Shown here piece by piece: positions 35,336-47,990 of a stretch of DNA of 64,000 bases. A program made the translations under genes and the position numbers. The stretch's first letter is position 1. The number at the start of each line of letters is the position of its first letter. A model generated the notes under the pieces. The model worked only from the letters and a program-made list of their open reading frames with translations, searched no databases and was not told the DNA's origin. This stretch comes from Scyliorhinus canicula (lineage: Eukaryota). Location of the stretch: NCBI RefSeq assembly GCF_902713615.1, contig NC_052165.1, positions 14,648,348-14,712,347 of the forward strand. The letters run 5' to 3'.

Positions 35336-37336
35336 AATGTGGCACGTCCACTGCAGATTGGGAGAAAAGGGCACAAGAATGAACGGCCAGAGGAACAATC
35401 TCAAGTAATGGCTTTGTTTCCTTTTATCATCAAAAAAAAACAGGCAGCTGAGGACAGAAGGCAAGCTTGAAAGACTGGGCAGCCCATCAAAATTAGGCAA
35501 TTCATCCTTGTCCACACCATGGAAAGCCAGGCATGTCTGCAACTGAGCTACACTCAGTGAAGGACTCGACGCACACAAGTAACGGTCATCTTCATAATGA
35601 AGGGAAACCAATGATTTACTGTTATATTCTCATACTGCAGTTTACACCAGAGTCATGCTGTGCACCAGTTGCTACTGAATTTAAAGAATACTATGAACAA
35701 AGAATTTCTCTTTGATACAGCCCATTCACATTGTGCTCATGTTGGGAAAGGAAAGAGTCTGTATTCTCAAACACATGATGTTGCTTCTAATCGTAGACAA
35801 GAAATAATGGGCTGGATCGCTTTTTTTGGGGGCGGGAGAGGAATTTAAGATTGAATGATTACCAGGGTTTTAATGAACTGTTGAAATCTGCCTGCCACCT
35901 TCCAACGACACACAACAGCACATTAAAAATGATGTAAAACCATTTTCAAATGGATTTGCTGCCAAAGTTAAATTATAATCACTGGAAAACCAGCAGCATC
36001 ATACCTCATGTTTGATGTTGGAGTGGAAGTGATCCTGACAAATATATACCATGTCTGGGATAATACTTTGCGAAACCTTTACATTTGTATTCCTCACCAT
36101 TATTTCCAACCATTCCACACCACGGTGTTCTTTTTGAAGCTCCGTGCTTGAATTGTTGCAAGGTCTAGAGAATTATTCAGAACACATTTGTAGCTTCTGG
36201 CCTGGGCACAGGGGGCAGCCTTTCATTTGCCACACGCAATTCCAGTCTGAAATGTTTGCGCAGAAAGTGCAAAGGAGTGGGCAAATACAAAGACCAAACA
36301 TTATGAAAGGAATTTTAACCCAACTGGGTCAGTCAATTTCAATCTCTAATTTCATAACTCATGTATTTTAGATGTGTAGCTTTTAGTTTTAAAAGTTCAA
36401 TTTTTAACTGTGTATATAAATGGAAATACTTAGGTTCAAAGTTGGTAAACAAAGCTGAAGTAAGCGCAAATCAAACAGACATGGGGTAATTAGAGTTAAA
36501 AGGGAAAGTGTTACTGGGTTAATGGTGAAAGGTATTCATGCCTAGGAATATAATGGTTATTCTCAATCTCTCTGGAGGAGACCATTTCTCTCAAGGCATC
36601 GAAATAAAAGTTTGGAAGTTGGGGTGTAAACCAATCAGGTTTCAAATATTCATTAGTTACCCAAATCAAAGAATCTCTGAAAGCAACTTGTATACAATGT
36701 GTTTATTGATGGGAGCCAGTGAGCTGGTACGAGGTCAGTTATGAGAGATATACAGTATTAATTTGGGTCCCACAATCAAAAGGTTGTTTTTAAAGTAACA
36801 TTTTTGTTTGGCGCATTGCAGATATGCCCTGTTGCCATGGAAATAGGCAGTGAAGTCCTTTTTGGTTTGGGTTTTATCTGGGTATTTTCCCACAGAAACA
36901 GGCAGTCAGCTTAGAAGCCGTTTGAGGCACGTCGAGATAGAATTTGCCAGGAACTGTAAAGCAGCTATGGGACCAGAAACAGAAGGCTATTCAGAATCAA
37001 GGCCATTTCTGATTTAAAAGCCCCTATGCACAATGAAAGTGAAGCTAATGCATGAGCTGAGGAATCCACAATAATGAGGTAATTAAATAAATCTGGAGAG
37101 TAATTTGGCCGCATATTAGTGGAAGACCACAGGAGTGCCGTACCTTGAATACTAGTTGGAACACATAAGAGTAGCCAAAGTGCATTCCTGAGAGCTGTGG
37201 CACACCTTGGTTTGGCCGCAGGAGAAGTGAATTAACCCTCAAGTTGCTATGATGTGGAGATGCCGGCGTTGGACTGGGGTGAGCACAGTAAGAAGTCTTA
37301 CAACACCAGGTTAAAGTCCAACAGGTTTGTTTCAAA

Positions 37337-37371
37337 CACGAGCTTTCGGAGCACGGCTCCTTCTTCAGGTG
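37337..37371 (-). ncRNA. Minimal type I hammerhead ribozyme motif
   Basis: CAC-CUGAAGA-A-GGAGC(CGU)GCUCC-GAA-AGCU-C-GUG: intact core, stem II, palindromic stem III, short stem I. Confidence 0.75.
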
Positions 37372-37516
37372 AATGGAAAGGCTTGTTCCAGAAATGTTTA
37401 TATGGACACAGTCAGAGATGCCCCGGAATGCGAGCACCTGCAGGCAATCAAATCATCAAAGATGCAGAGAGAGAGGTAACTCCAGGTTAAAGAGGTGTGA
37501 ATTGTCCCAAGCCAGT

Positions 37517-38621
37517 TCAGTCGGTAGGCCTCTGCAAGTCCAGGCTTGTTGGTGGGGGCCGAATGTAATGCGACATGAATCCCAGATCCCGGTTGAGTCC
37601 GCATTCATGCGTGCGGAACTTAGCTATAAGTTTTTGCTCAGCAATTTTGCGTTGTCGCGTCTCCTGAAGGCCTCCTTGTAGAATGCTGACCCGGAGATCA
37701 GAGGCTGAATGTCCTTGACTGCTGAAGTGTTCCCCAACTGGAAGGGAACAGTCCTGCCTGTTGATAGTCGCACGATGCCCGTTTATTCGTTGTCGCAGTG
37801 TCTGCATGGTCTCGCCAATGTACCACGCTTCGGGACATCCTTTCCTGCAGCGTATGAGGTAGACTACATTGGTCGAGTCGCACGAGTATGCGCCGCGTAC
37901 CTGGTGGATGGTGTTTCCACGTGTAATGGTGGTGTCCATGTCGATGATCTGGCATGTCTTGCAGAGATTACCCTGGCAGGGTTTTGTGGTGTTGTGGTTG
38001 CTGTTCTGAAGGCTGGGTAATTTGCTGCAAACAATGGTTTGTTTGAGGTTGCGCGGTTGTTTGAAGGCCAGTAGTGGGGGTGTGGGGATGACCTTGGCAA
38101 GATGTCCATCCTCGCTGATGATGTGTTGGAGGCTGCGAAGAAGATGTCGTAGTTTCTCCGCCCCAGGAAAGTACTGGACGACGAAGGGTACTCTGTCAGT
38201 GGTGTCCCGTGTTTGTCTTCTGAGGAGGTCGGTGCGGTTTTTTGCTGTGGCGCGGTGGAACTGTCGATCAATGAGTCGAGCGCCATATCCCGTTCGTACG
38301 AGGGCATCTTTCAGCATCTGTAGGTGTCTGTTGCGCTCCTCCTTGTCTGAGCAGATCCTGTGTATACGGAGGGCTTGTCCATAGGGGATGGCTTCTTTAA
38401 TGTGTTTCGGGTGAAAGCTGGAGAAGTGGAGCATCGTGAGATTATCTGTGGGCTTGCGGTAAAGCGAGGTGCTGAGGTGACCGTCCTTGATGGAGACGAG
38501 TGTGTCCAAGAATGGAACTGAATTTGGAGAATAGTCCATGGTGAGTTTGATGGTGGGATGGAACTTATTGATGTCATCGTGTAGTCGTTTCAGTGATGTC
38601 TCGCCGTGGGTCCAAAGGAAA
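37517..38621 (-). CDS. Penelope RT C-terminus and GIY-YIG endonuclease (partial, uninterrupted)
   Basis: FLDTLV..TSLYRKPTD..HFSSFHP; NVVYLIRC..WYIGET..LRQRINGH..PVGEHF..E..LI..GLN. Confidence 0.93.
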
Positions 38622-38887
38622 AGTCCAGAGTACTCTGGACTCAAGTTGCTGTAATGTACAGTGGAATTCTTGGGTGGAAATGAAAGTACAACAGGGTTTA
38701 ATACTTAAGTAATTACAAAATATGTTAATTTAATAGTGCTTGCTTTGTTTTAATTCTTGTACAGTAATGCTATTTTTTTTTACAATGTGAAATCTTCTTG
38801 CGCATTCTTTTGGTTAACAGCTGGGAATTTGTTACCAGCATCTGCAGAGATTGTAACACCAAGTAGATGGATGGTTAAAATATCAAC

Positions 38888-40100
38888 ATAGGAACAGGAG
38901 TAGGCCATTCAGCCCATCAAGCATGCTCCACCATTCAATTAGATCATGGCTGATCCTCGACCTCCATGTCACTTTCCCATGCTAAATCCATATCTCCTGA
39001 TGTCATTAGTCACTAGAAATCTATCAATTTCTGTTTTGTCATGCCCTGTAAGAATTTTGTAAGTTTCAATGATATCTCTTCTCATTCTTTGAAACTTCAG
39101 AGAATACAGGCACAGTTTCCTGGGACCAAACTGTACACAGTACTCCAGGTGAGGTCGCAGCAATGTTTCAGCAGCAACACGCCTTTACGTTTAGACTCTA
39201 ATCCCCTCGCAGTGAAAGCCAACAAACAATTAGCTTTCCTTCTTGATTGCTGCAGCTGCATGCTAGCTTTCTGTGAGCCATGAGGAAGGACATCCAGGTT
39301 CCTTTGGAGAATTCAACACTTCACACTCTCATCATTTAAGAAATATAATATGTCTTTCTGTATTTTCTACCAAAGTAGATAGCTTCACACTTGTTCACAT
39401 TATATTCCATTTGCCATATTCTAACGCATTCACTTATCCTGTCCAAATCCCCTGGAAGCATCCTTGCATCCTCCTCACAACTCACATTCCCACCTAGTTT
39501 TATGTCATTTGCAAATTCGGAAATATTACATGTGGTACCGACATCCAAATCATTTATATAGATTGTGAACAGCAGTGGAAGTAGCACTGATCCTTGTGGT
39601 TCCTAATGAGTAGCAGCCAGCCACTCTGACAATGACCCATTCATTCCTGCCTCTACTTTCTTTCTATTCACCAATTCTCAACTACGTATTACCCACACGG
39701 ATGCTCATCTTCTTTACTAACCTGTGTGGGATCTTATCGGAAACTTTCTGAAAATCTAAATGCACCACATCCACAGGATCTCCATTATCTATGATACAAA
39801 TAACATCCTCAAAGAATTTCCAACAAATTTGTGAAAACATAGGGTAGGATTCTCCGGTCTCCCAGCCGGGGGTTCGCTGCTGACGGTATTCTCTTCTCCC
39901 GCTGTCAATGGGAATTCCTATTAAAGCTGCCCCATGGCTCTGGGATACCCACTGGAGATGGTGCACTGCCAATGGGACCGGAGATTCCCGTCGGAAGCAA
40001 ACGGCCGGAGAATTCCGGCCATGATTTCCCGATTAATATATCCTTGTTGACTCTGCCCAAATTTACAATTAGTTTCAATGCGAATTCTGGGCATATGGAC
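38888..40100 (-). mobile_element. Degenerate CR1 RT/3' fragment with a small MITE inserted at 39842-40020
   Basis: VDVVHLDFQKVSDKIPH, LLFTIYINDL..EFANDIKL, RPHLEYCVQF motifs and tail. Confidence 0.85.
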
Positions 40101-40343
40101 CAAAATTGGTGGGGTCATATTTATGAATCAGAATCCAATTTTATCTTGGACTCATTAGATGGAGGCCAACATGACAATGACCGAGAGGAGACCACCCCAA
40201 CCCCCCCCCCCCCCACCCCCACCCTCACCCCGCCGCCACCCCGCAGATAACAGTGCTACTTTTGGTGACATGAGGAAAATAATCTTATTTCCGTCATTCA
40301 CAAGGATAATTTAGGCACTCCTTGTTCTGGACCTTGTTTCCAC

Positions 40344-40950
40344 TGTTATGGGCCAGGTTTTAGAGAACCCCAAAGTGTATCATGGAGTTCACCTGACCCA
40401 CAACGTTTAATAGATTGTGGTATGGGGCGCACACGGCCCACTCTACAGGTGTGGGGCAGCAGAAATGGAAAAGTATTTTTTTAAAGCAAAACAATGTTCT
40501 ATGAACTCAAGTTAACCTTTTTAAAACATACAGTGAATATCTTAGCAACCATCAATTCAGATACAACCCCCAAAGAATATAACACTAAGTAATCCTTAAT
40601 AACTTCCCAAACAACATCCAGAAGACAAAGTAAACACCTTTTAACAGAAGCACATTAGGTTTACATTCACTACTGAGAACATTTATAATTCTGAATTCAC
40701 CAAATGATCAAGAGATAGTCTTTTCATGGCAGAGATATCAACAGTGCACCTGCTCTGTCTGGCTTCAGCTCCAACATTGAAAACGAAACTAAAACACACC
40801 CTGCAGCAAACTGCCTAAAACAAAAGTAAAAAGCTGACCCACACTCTGACATCATTGATAAACACCCATTAAAGGTACATTTGTTAAACACCCATTTCTT
40901 AAAGGTACATTTCTTAAACACCCATTTCTTAAAGGTACTCTCACATGACA
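40344..40950 (-). mobile_element. Solo LTR (607 bp)
   Basis: TG...CA ends, exact 4-bp TSD CCAC; internal triplicated AAACACCCATTTCTTAAAGGTAC. Confidence 0.85.
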
Positions 40951-41017
40951 CCACGCTCACCCCTCCCCCCCCCCCCCCCCCCCCCCCCCGGCCCACCTAC
41001 ATCTCCCCACCCTTGAT

Positions 41018-41283
41018 CTAATAATAATCTTTATTGTCAGACTTACAGTAACACTGCAATGAAGTTATCCCCTAGTTGCCACATTCTGGCACCTGTTCGG
41101 GTACACTGAGGGAGAATTCAGAATGTCCAAATTACCTAATAGCACATCTTTCGGGACTTGTGGGAGGAAACAGGAGCATCCGGAAGGAACCCACGCAGTC
41201 ACGGGGAGAACATGCAGACTCCGTACAGACAGTGACCGAAGCAGGAAGCGAACCACTGTGCTAACCACTGTGCTACCATGCCG
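41018..41283 (-). mobile_element. V-SINE with Rex1-like tail
   Basis: HE1-like head and core, then CCGAACAGGTGCCAGAATGTGGCAACTAGGGG...TGACAATAAAGATTATTATTA. Confidence 0.8.
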
Positions 41284-42564
41284 TGATCTACTGTGAGTCC
41301 CCCAGTATCTCACATTCTCCCAATTAGCCGAGTGCAAAGGCCTGACTTTTTTCAGGTGCCAGCCGCAGGTTAATGAGGCCCAGCAGTTAAAATCAACACA
41401 GCTGCAGCAGGCGGCAAACAAACCGAAACCAGCCGTGTGCCACTGAAAAACCCCTCGCAGCTAAAATCCGGGTTGTGTCCTCCACCCACCCCCGTGTCAC
41501 AGTGAGAATTTGCGGAACAGTAAACCGATACACAATAATCCCAATGGGCCAGATCCAGAACTCGGTGAGGATCCATCTCTGGCCCGCTGTGTCATTCTGG
41601 CACAATAATGGCAGCAGAGCAGTGGCACACGCCACCCCTGAAGCTGTTTCTGGGGCATTTCAAGCTTCAGGAACTGCTGCCAGCTTTGTCAAAACAAGCT
41701 TTCAAAAAAAAAATAAAACAAAACAAAATCATGACAGAAGCGTGAATGAATAGACGATAATGGAAAGTGTTTCCATGTGATGTATGCGTTTTCTCAATTT
41801 CTAATTTGCATTTGCCTTCTGTTTCATATCAGTTTTCTAGACAGCAGTGGGTGGATAGGGTTGTATGAAATATATTTTTAATCTGTTTATTTTAACCCTG
41901 ATCACACTACAGAGAGCATATTTTGAAGGAAGCTTGCTTTTTCCTCAAACGAAAAATAGCCTTATTTTGCTTCCATTTTGGAAACATTCAAATCTCTATT
42001 AGTAACTAAAAATAAATAGTATTCCAATCAATAACAAGTCCCTAAGCGGCCACGCTAATGATGCATTTGCCATGGAAACAAGTCCAGGTTTTATTTCACA
42101 TTCTGCCCTTTTATCTTTTTTGTCTGTCGATGATTGAAAATCTAATAGAGTAGAATCCCATTGGATGCTATGGTTGACGATTATGATGTTGTAATGTGGT
42201 AGTATTTCACATTGGAATAAGTATTAAGGAAGGAACCTAAAGCCAAGCTTTTGCCTGGTTCTGCATTTGAAGCCAAAGTTCTTGGTGTAGCAGATTTGTA
42301 GTGTAATATGTTGATTGTTGTTGCTATAATTTTTTAGTAGTCACTCTAAATGGATATAAAATAGCAGATTGCGATATCATTTCGAACTGTTTGATGCTCC
42401 CATTTTAATATCATTGAAAAATCATTGATTACTTCAGTGCAATCAATTGGAAGTCGTTTTTTCCCATCAGAGAACAGAACCATTCATTTCCTAAGCACTT
42501 GGAATTTTTTTCGAAATTGATTACTCCAATGAATTGAGGCTGCAGTTAAGCCTCATCTCCATCG

Positions 42565-42890
42565 ATTCCACAAAATCCCTGCAGTGCAGAAGGAGGCCAT
42601 TTGGCCTATCGAGTAGGATCCCACCCTCCAAAAGAGCACCCCACCCAGGCCCACTTCCCCACCGCCCGTAAACCCACCTAACCGGACACAAAGGGGCAAT
42701 TTAGCATTGACGTGGCATGGATTCACTTAACCTGCACATTGTTGGACTGTGGGGGGAAAACGGAGCACCCAGAGGAAACCCACGCAGACACGGGGAGCAC
42801 GTGCAAACTCCACACAGTCACCCAAGGTGTAGAACTCGGGTACCTGGCATTGTAAGGCAGCAGTGCTAACCGCCCTGCCATCGTGCCGCC
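42565..42890 (-). mobile_element. HE1-type SINE (diverged)
   Basis: Core and CR1-type tail. Confidence 0.8.
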
Positions 42891-43243
42891 GCGCAATATA
42901 GTTGCAGCACATCTTCACGGTATCAGTATGGTTGAGCTTCATTTAAATTCTTGCATGTTATCTATCATTGAAATATGAGCATTCAAATATTTGAAAAAGA
43001 CATACAGGAAAACCTCTTCCATAACATCTTGTTCCATTTATGGTTACAATCCCCATGGAGACCATTAACATTTTTTGAAAGAATCTAAGTTTCTCTTCAA
43101 TCATCGCAATGGAATTAAACAAAATTTCAAGCCCCACAACTTTTACTGTCACAAAAAGACTAAAATCAACATTAACTAACATTACTCAGTAACCAACTAA
43201 TACACTTGTGTTCTTTGTTTAGTTCTTTCAGGCTGGTGAAGGC

Positions 43244-43548
43244 TGTAGTGCTAACAAAGAACAGCAAGCTGGGAAAAATAAACAAAGCTAATTTATTACA
43301 CTGCACTGAATTAGATTCAAACATATTACTAAGGATTTAGTGAAGTAAACATTACACTACACATCGACACTATTAGTTCAACTATCTCACAACTACTCTC
43401 TTGCTCTCTTCCACACTCTCCAGCTATCTCTATCTATCTCCCAGAAGTCATGGAGGCATGTGATATTTATATGGTTGCTCTATAGCACCATCTAGTGACT
43501 GGAGTAGTAACATTACATGAACCTTTAATGTGCTTTACAATATCCACA
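43244..43548 (-). mobile_element. LTR-like repeat of similar organisation to 3454-3788
   Basis: TG...CA ends, CACTAGATGGTGCT motif, TATAAA, purine-rich tract, AATAAA; no TSD seen. Confidence 0.5.
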
Positions 43549-43792
43549 TATTGTGATAACACTAAACTACAAAAAAGCTTTCCCGGTAACTTCTTAACAC
43601 AACTGAAAAATCCATGCCACATTAATGCATTATGGTGCATTCTCAGTAAAGGCATGGCTTGTATTTAAAGTGCCAGATGACTTCCAGCAATTCAACAGGC
43701 TCTTGTTCTCCTGCCCTGCCGGGGTATCTTCTAGCATCCTTTTAAAAACTGACCCCTTCACTCAATCCTTTGAGCATACTTGAATGTACTTC

Positions 43793-44680
43793 GGGGGGGG
43801 GGGGGGGGGGGTGCACTCCGACACCGGGCCGTCGATTCTCTGGCGCCTGCGGGGTCGGGTGACATTGAAAGCGCCCCCCCCCGGCGATTCTCCGTGCCTC
43901 GATGGCCGATTGCCTGCCGAATGGGGCAGAACGTTAGCAAAAGTGGATAGCACTGTGGCTTCACAACACCAGGGTCCCAGGTTCGATTCCAAGCTGGGTC
44001 ACTGTCTGTGCAGAGTCTGCACGTTCTCCCCGTGTCTGCGTGGATTTCTCCGGGTGCTCCGGTTTCCTCCCACAGTCCAAAGACGTGCAGGGTAGATGGA
44101 TTGGCCGTGATAAATTGCCCTTAGTGACCAAAAAGGTTCGGAGGGGTTATTGGGTTATGGGGATAGGCTGAAAGTGAGGGCTGAAGTGGGTTGGTGCAGA
44201 CTTGATGGGCCGACTGGCCTCCTTCTGCACTGCATGTTCTATGAATCCCGCCGGCGTGGGTAACGTATGGTCTTACCCGGCGGGACTTCAGAGCTCTGGC
44301 TGCGGGGTCCGTCCTGGTGGGAGGCGGGGGGATCCGACTTCGGACCTCTGCAGTGGCCTGGCCCGCAATCGGGGCGTACCGATCAGCAGGCGGGCTAATT
44401 CCGCGGGGGGCCTGTGTTCCTCCGCGCTGGTCCCCTGCAGGGCTCTGCTATATTGCGCGGGCGCCGGCGCGGAGATGAGAACCCACGCGCACGTGCGGAC
44501 TCGCGCCGGCCGTGGCACGCTGGATTTTGAGCGCCGGAGCAGCGGACACCGCTCCAGCACCATACTAGCCCCCTAGGAAGGGGTGAATACCTTGGCCTGG
44601 AGGCCTGTTGACACCGGAGTTGCTTGCACCACTTTTGACGCCAATTTCAGAACTTAGCCGCGGGATCAGAGATCCTGGCC
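43793..44680. mobile_element. Harbinger-type MITE interrupted by an HE1 SINE (43925-44243, plus strand)
   Basis: GC-rich body similar to 54046-54651; degenerate right TIR AGAGATCCTGGCC. Confidence 0.7.
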
Positions 44681-44689
44681 ATGATTCTT

Positions 44690-45170
44690 TGGATCCAAGT
44701 TTCCAAAGTGCTCTGGATCCCATGGTCTCTTACCTTCATGATCAGTCTCCCATGTGGTACCTTGTCAAAAGCATTACTAAAGTCCAAGTAGACTACATCA
44801 GCTGCACTTCCTTCATCTACACACCCAGTGACCACCTCGAAAATTTGTTAGACATGATCTCATGCTGGCAAAGCCATGCTGACTACCCTTGATTAATCAT
44901 TGTCTTTCCAAGTGGAGATTAATTCGGTCCCTCAGAACTTTTTCCAATAATTTCTCTACCACTGATGTTAGACTCACTGGCCTGTAATTACCTGTTTTTT
45001 CCCTACCTCCTTTCTTGAATGATGGTACGACATTAGATGTCCCCCAGTCCTCTGGCACCTCTCTTGTGGCCATAGAGGATTTGAAAATTAGCTTCAGAGC
45101 CCCTGCAAACTCATCCCTTGCCTCACACAGCAGCCTAGGATACATCGCATCTGGGCCTGCGGACATATCC
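44690..45170 (-). mobile_element. CR1 RT fragment
   Basis: GPDAMYPRLL..VPEDW..NVVPSFKKG..NYRPVSLTS; YLDFSNAFDKVPH. Confidence 0.9.
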
Positions 45171-45689
45171 GCAGAGAGGGAGAAGTCTGTCATGGAGTGT
45201 CATGCAATATGTTTGAGTAATGTGGCTGTTATGGCTGAGTAGCTGGCAGTGTGTCCAAGCTCTGAGATGTGGGTGTGAGGTTTGCAGCAGTGCCAAATGG
45301 GTGAGGTGATGCATATGCATGTTGTCTGATTCCTGTTGAGTGACTGCTGTGTGGTATTTGAGCTGTGACTGAAGCTACTGCTGCAGTTGGGCGATATGGC
45401 TTTTGGAGATGGATTTACTGACCTTGACCACTCATTATTAAACCTCTTGTGAGACTGCACCCAGGGTTTGACTTTTGACGTTGTCACCCATGGCCACCTG
45501 CTGCCGTTGGCTTTTGACCGAGTGCCTGGAGGGCCTCCCTTGCAGATACAGGTGGAAGGTGTCTCCGTCTCGCCAGCCAGCCAAACGGGTTTCCCATTGT
45601 GGGCAGCCCCACACCGTTGGGAAAACCCCCGGCTCTTGGTGAATCGGAGAATCGCGACAGCGGAGAACCCTGCCCCGGATGTCTCTCGT

Positions 45690-45918
45690 CCATAGAACCA
45701 TATAATTCCTACAGCGCAGAAGGAGGCCATTCAGCCCAATGAGTCTACACGGGGCCCTCTGAAAGAGCACCCTAGGCACACTTCCCACCCTTTCATCGTA
45801 ACCCCACCTAACTTAAACATCCTTGGGCACTAAGGGGCAATTGACCATGGCCTACCCACCTAACCTGCACATCTTTGGATTGTGGGAGGAAACCGGAGAA
45901 CTCAGAGGAAACCCACAC
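45690..45918 (-). mobile_element. 5'-truncated HE1-type SINE
   Basis: Core 3' half and CR1-type tail. Confidence 0.8.
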
Positions 45919-46286
45919 CATTCCATCGTCCTCTTCACCTCCTCCACCAAGATCTCCCGTGCAGCATCAGAATATCTGAGTGCCTGCTTGCTCCTATGTT
46001 AGGTCATTCTTCAATCCATCCTCAATCAGATTCAGACTCCCATCACCCTGCTCCAATCACAATGCACCTATCCTTTAGGTTTTGAGCAGGGCAGGCTAGC
46101 TTTAAGGAGTGCTGGCAAGTGACAATTTTCTGCCACCTTGCTGATAACTTCAACAAATAAAAACGCACTGAATGTTGACTGTACGCCGTGTAAATGAGCA
46201 GACAGCACAAAGATGGGAGCCAGCCTGTACCACATCCAGTGGGCGAGAGAGATTTAAGCCATAATTCAATTGATTAAATTGAAGTA

Positions 46287-46559
46287 CTGCTGCCGGCAGG
46301 AAGGCCGGAGTGTTTCCTGCAGGCGCCGGCAGAGCTGCTGCCAGCAGGAAGGCCGGAGTGTTTCCTGCAGGCAGGAAGGCCGGAGTGTTTCCTGCAGGCG
46401 CCGGCAGAGCTGCTGCCAGCAGGAAGGCCGGAGTGTTTCCTGCAGGCGCCGGCAGAGCTGCTGCCGGCAGGAAGGCCGGAGTGTTTCCTGCAGGCGCCGG
46501 CAGAGCTGCTGCCAGCAGGAAGGCCGGAGTGTTTCCTGCAGGCGCCGGCAGAGCTGCTG
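46287..46559. repeat. 48-bp GC-rich tandem repeat (about 5 full units plus one 27-bp unit)
   Basis: Unit GCTGCCRGCAGGAAGGCCGGAGTGTTTCCTGCAGGCGCCGGCAGAGCT. Confidence 0.95.
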
Positions 46560-47329
46560 AGGTGGGATTTGGAGACACTTTGAAACTTTTTTAGAGAGGG
46601 ACAGGTTTAGCGCTGGCCTTGAGAGGGGTGGGTCTAAACTCGCTGACATGCCCCGCTCCTCCGAGATCGGGATGCTGTTTTTCAAAGGGCACCCTGATCT
46701 CTGAATAATACGGCAACCCCCCCTCCCAATTGCTAGTAACCACCCCCCCCCCCCCACACTAATCACTCGTGAGGACCCCTAGAATCGCCGGCATGTCTCT
46801 CCAATCGCTGGCAAGACCCTACCCCCTAATCGCTGGTAAAAACCATGAATCCGCTGGCATGCCCCCCCAATCGCCGGCAAATGAGTCACAACCCATTATG
46901 GGCTCGCCAAATTCCCCCTTTCAGGCCCCATCCCCCATTCAAGCCCCCCTTCAGTCCCTCTTTCCAGCCCCTTCACCTTTCAGGCCCCCCTTCAGTATCC
47001 CCTTCAGGCCCCTGGCAATGTCAACCTGGCACCATGGACTCCGAGGAGAGTGCAATTGGAGTACCCGCTTTACATTTACCGCCCAAGGTACAAAGGGGTC
47101 ATTCAGGGAAGGTGAGTGGGGAGGGTGGGGGGAGGTCGGAGAGGCTCGGGCTGGACTGTAAGGGCTCAGGTCGGGGTCCTTCCCGGGATGGGGGCCATGT
47201 GGTTTTGAAAATCATTAAACTGTCTGCAAGCTGTCAAACTAGCTAAATGCCTTTCCTCTGATGTGTTGGGAACTCTTTGATGTCTCTCCCACGATGTTGC
47301 TGTCAAAGATCTGTGAAGTGAAGATGAAC

Positions 47330-47990
47330 GGTCCTTCGGCCCATCGCACAACTACCTAACTATACTATTCCCATTTTACAGCACTTGGCCCATAGCCTTG
47401 TATGCCTGGGCATCACAAGTGCACATCTAAATACACTTCTAAATGTCTAATCTATGCCACCTGGACGTTGATTCCTACACTAAAGGGAAACGTTTCTTCT
47501 TGTCTATTCTATCTGTGCCCCTCATAACTTTACTCATCTCAGTCATGTTTCTCCCTCAGTCTCCTCTGCTCCAAGGAAAACAACACCAGTCTGTCCAATC
47601 TCTTTCCATGACTAAAACTCCATCAGCCCAGGCCACATCCTGGTAAATCTCCTCTGCACCCTTTCCAGTGCTATCACATCCTGCTATCATGTGGATTCCT
47701 GAACTGCACACAATACACGAGCTGTGGCCTAACCAACGTTTTACACTGTTCCAACATAACCTCCCTGCTCTTAAACTCTATGTATCAGTCACTAAAGGCA
47801 AGTAGACCATATGTCTTCTTTGCCACATTATTCAGCTTCCTTGCTAACGTAAGGGACTGGTGTACATGAACACGAAGGTACCTCTGATCCTCGGTGTTTC
47901 CCAGAGTCCTGCCGTTCATCATTTTTCCCATGCCTTGCTTCTCCTGCCTCAAGTGCATCATTTACCTGGATTGAATTCCATTTCCCACTG
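47330..47990 (-). mobile_element. Older CR1 3' fragment, continued at 52806-52940
   Basis: Ends ...TTCCATTTCCCACTGA and resumes TGATCAGCCCACCTGACC (ISEFVDDTKIGG) on the far side of the full-length LINE. Confidence 0.75.

Larger units (their letters stand above)
37249..38639 (-). mobile_element. Penelope-like retroelement, 5'-truncated
   Basis: RT C-terminus plus GIY-YIG ORF and 3' terminal repeat; flanked by 11-bp direct repeat CTCAAGTTGCT (37238-37248, 38640-38650). Confidence 0.92.

Noticed and set aside
36360-38858. Possible LTR hosting the Penelope insertion
   Set aside because: Composition and a GTAACA end suggest an LTR, but no start boundary or TSD could be fixed
46150-46766. CRISPR-like array or keratin-associated/protamine-like gene
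   Set aside because: Units are contiguous with no unique spacers and no cas genes; ORFs are open on both strands simply because the unit lacks stops
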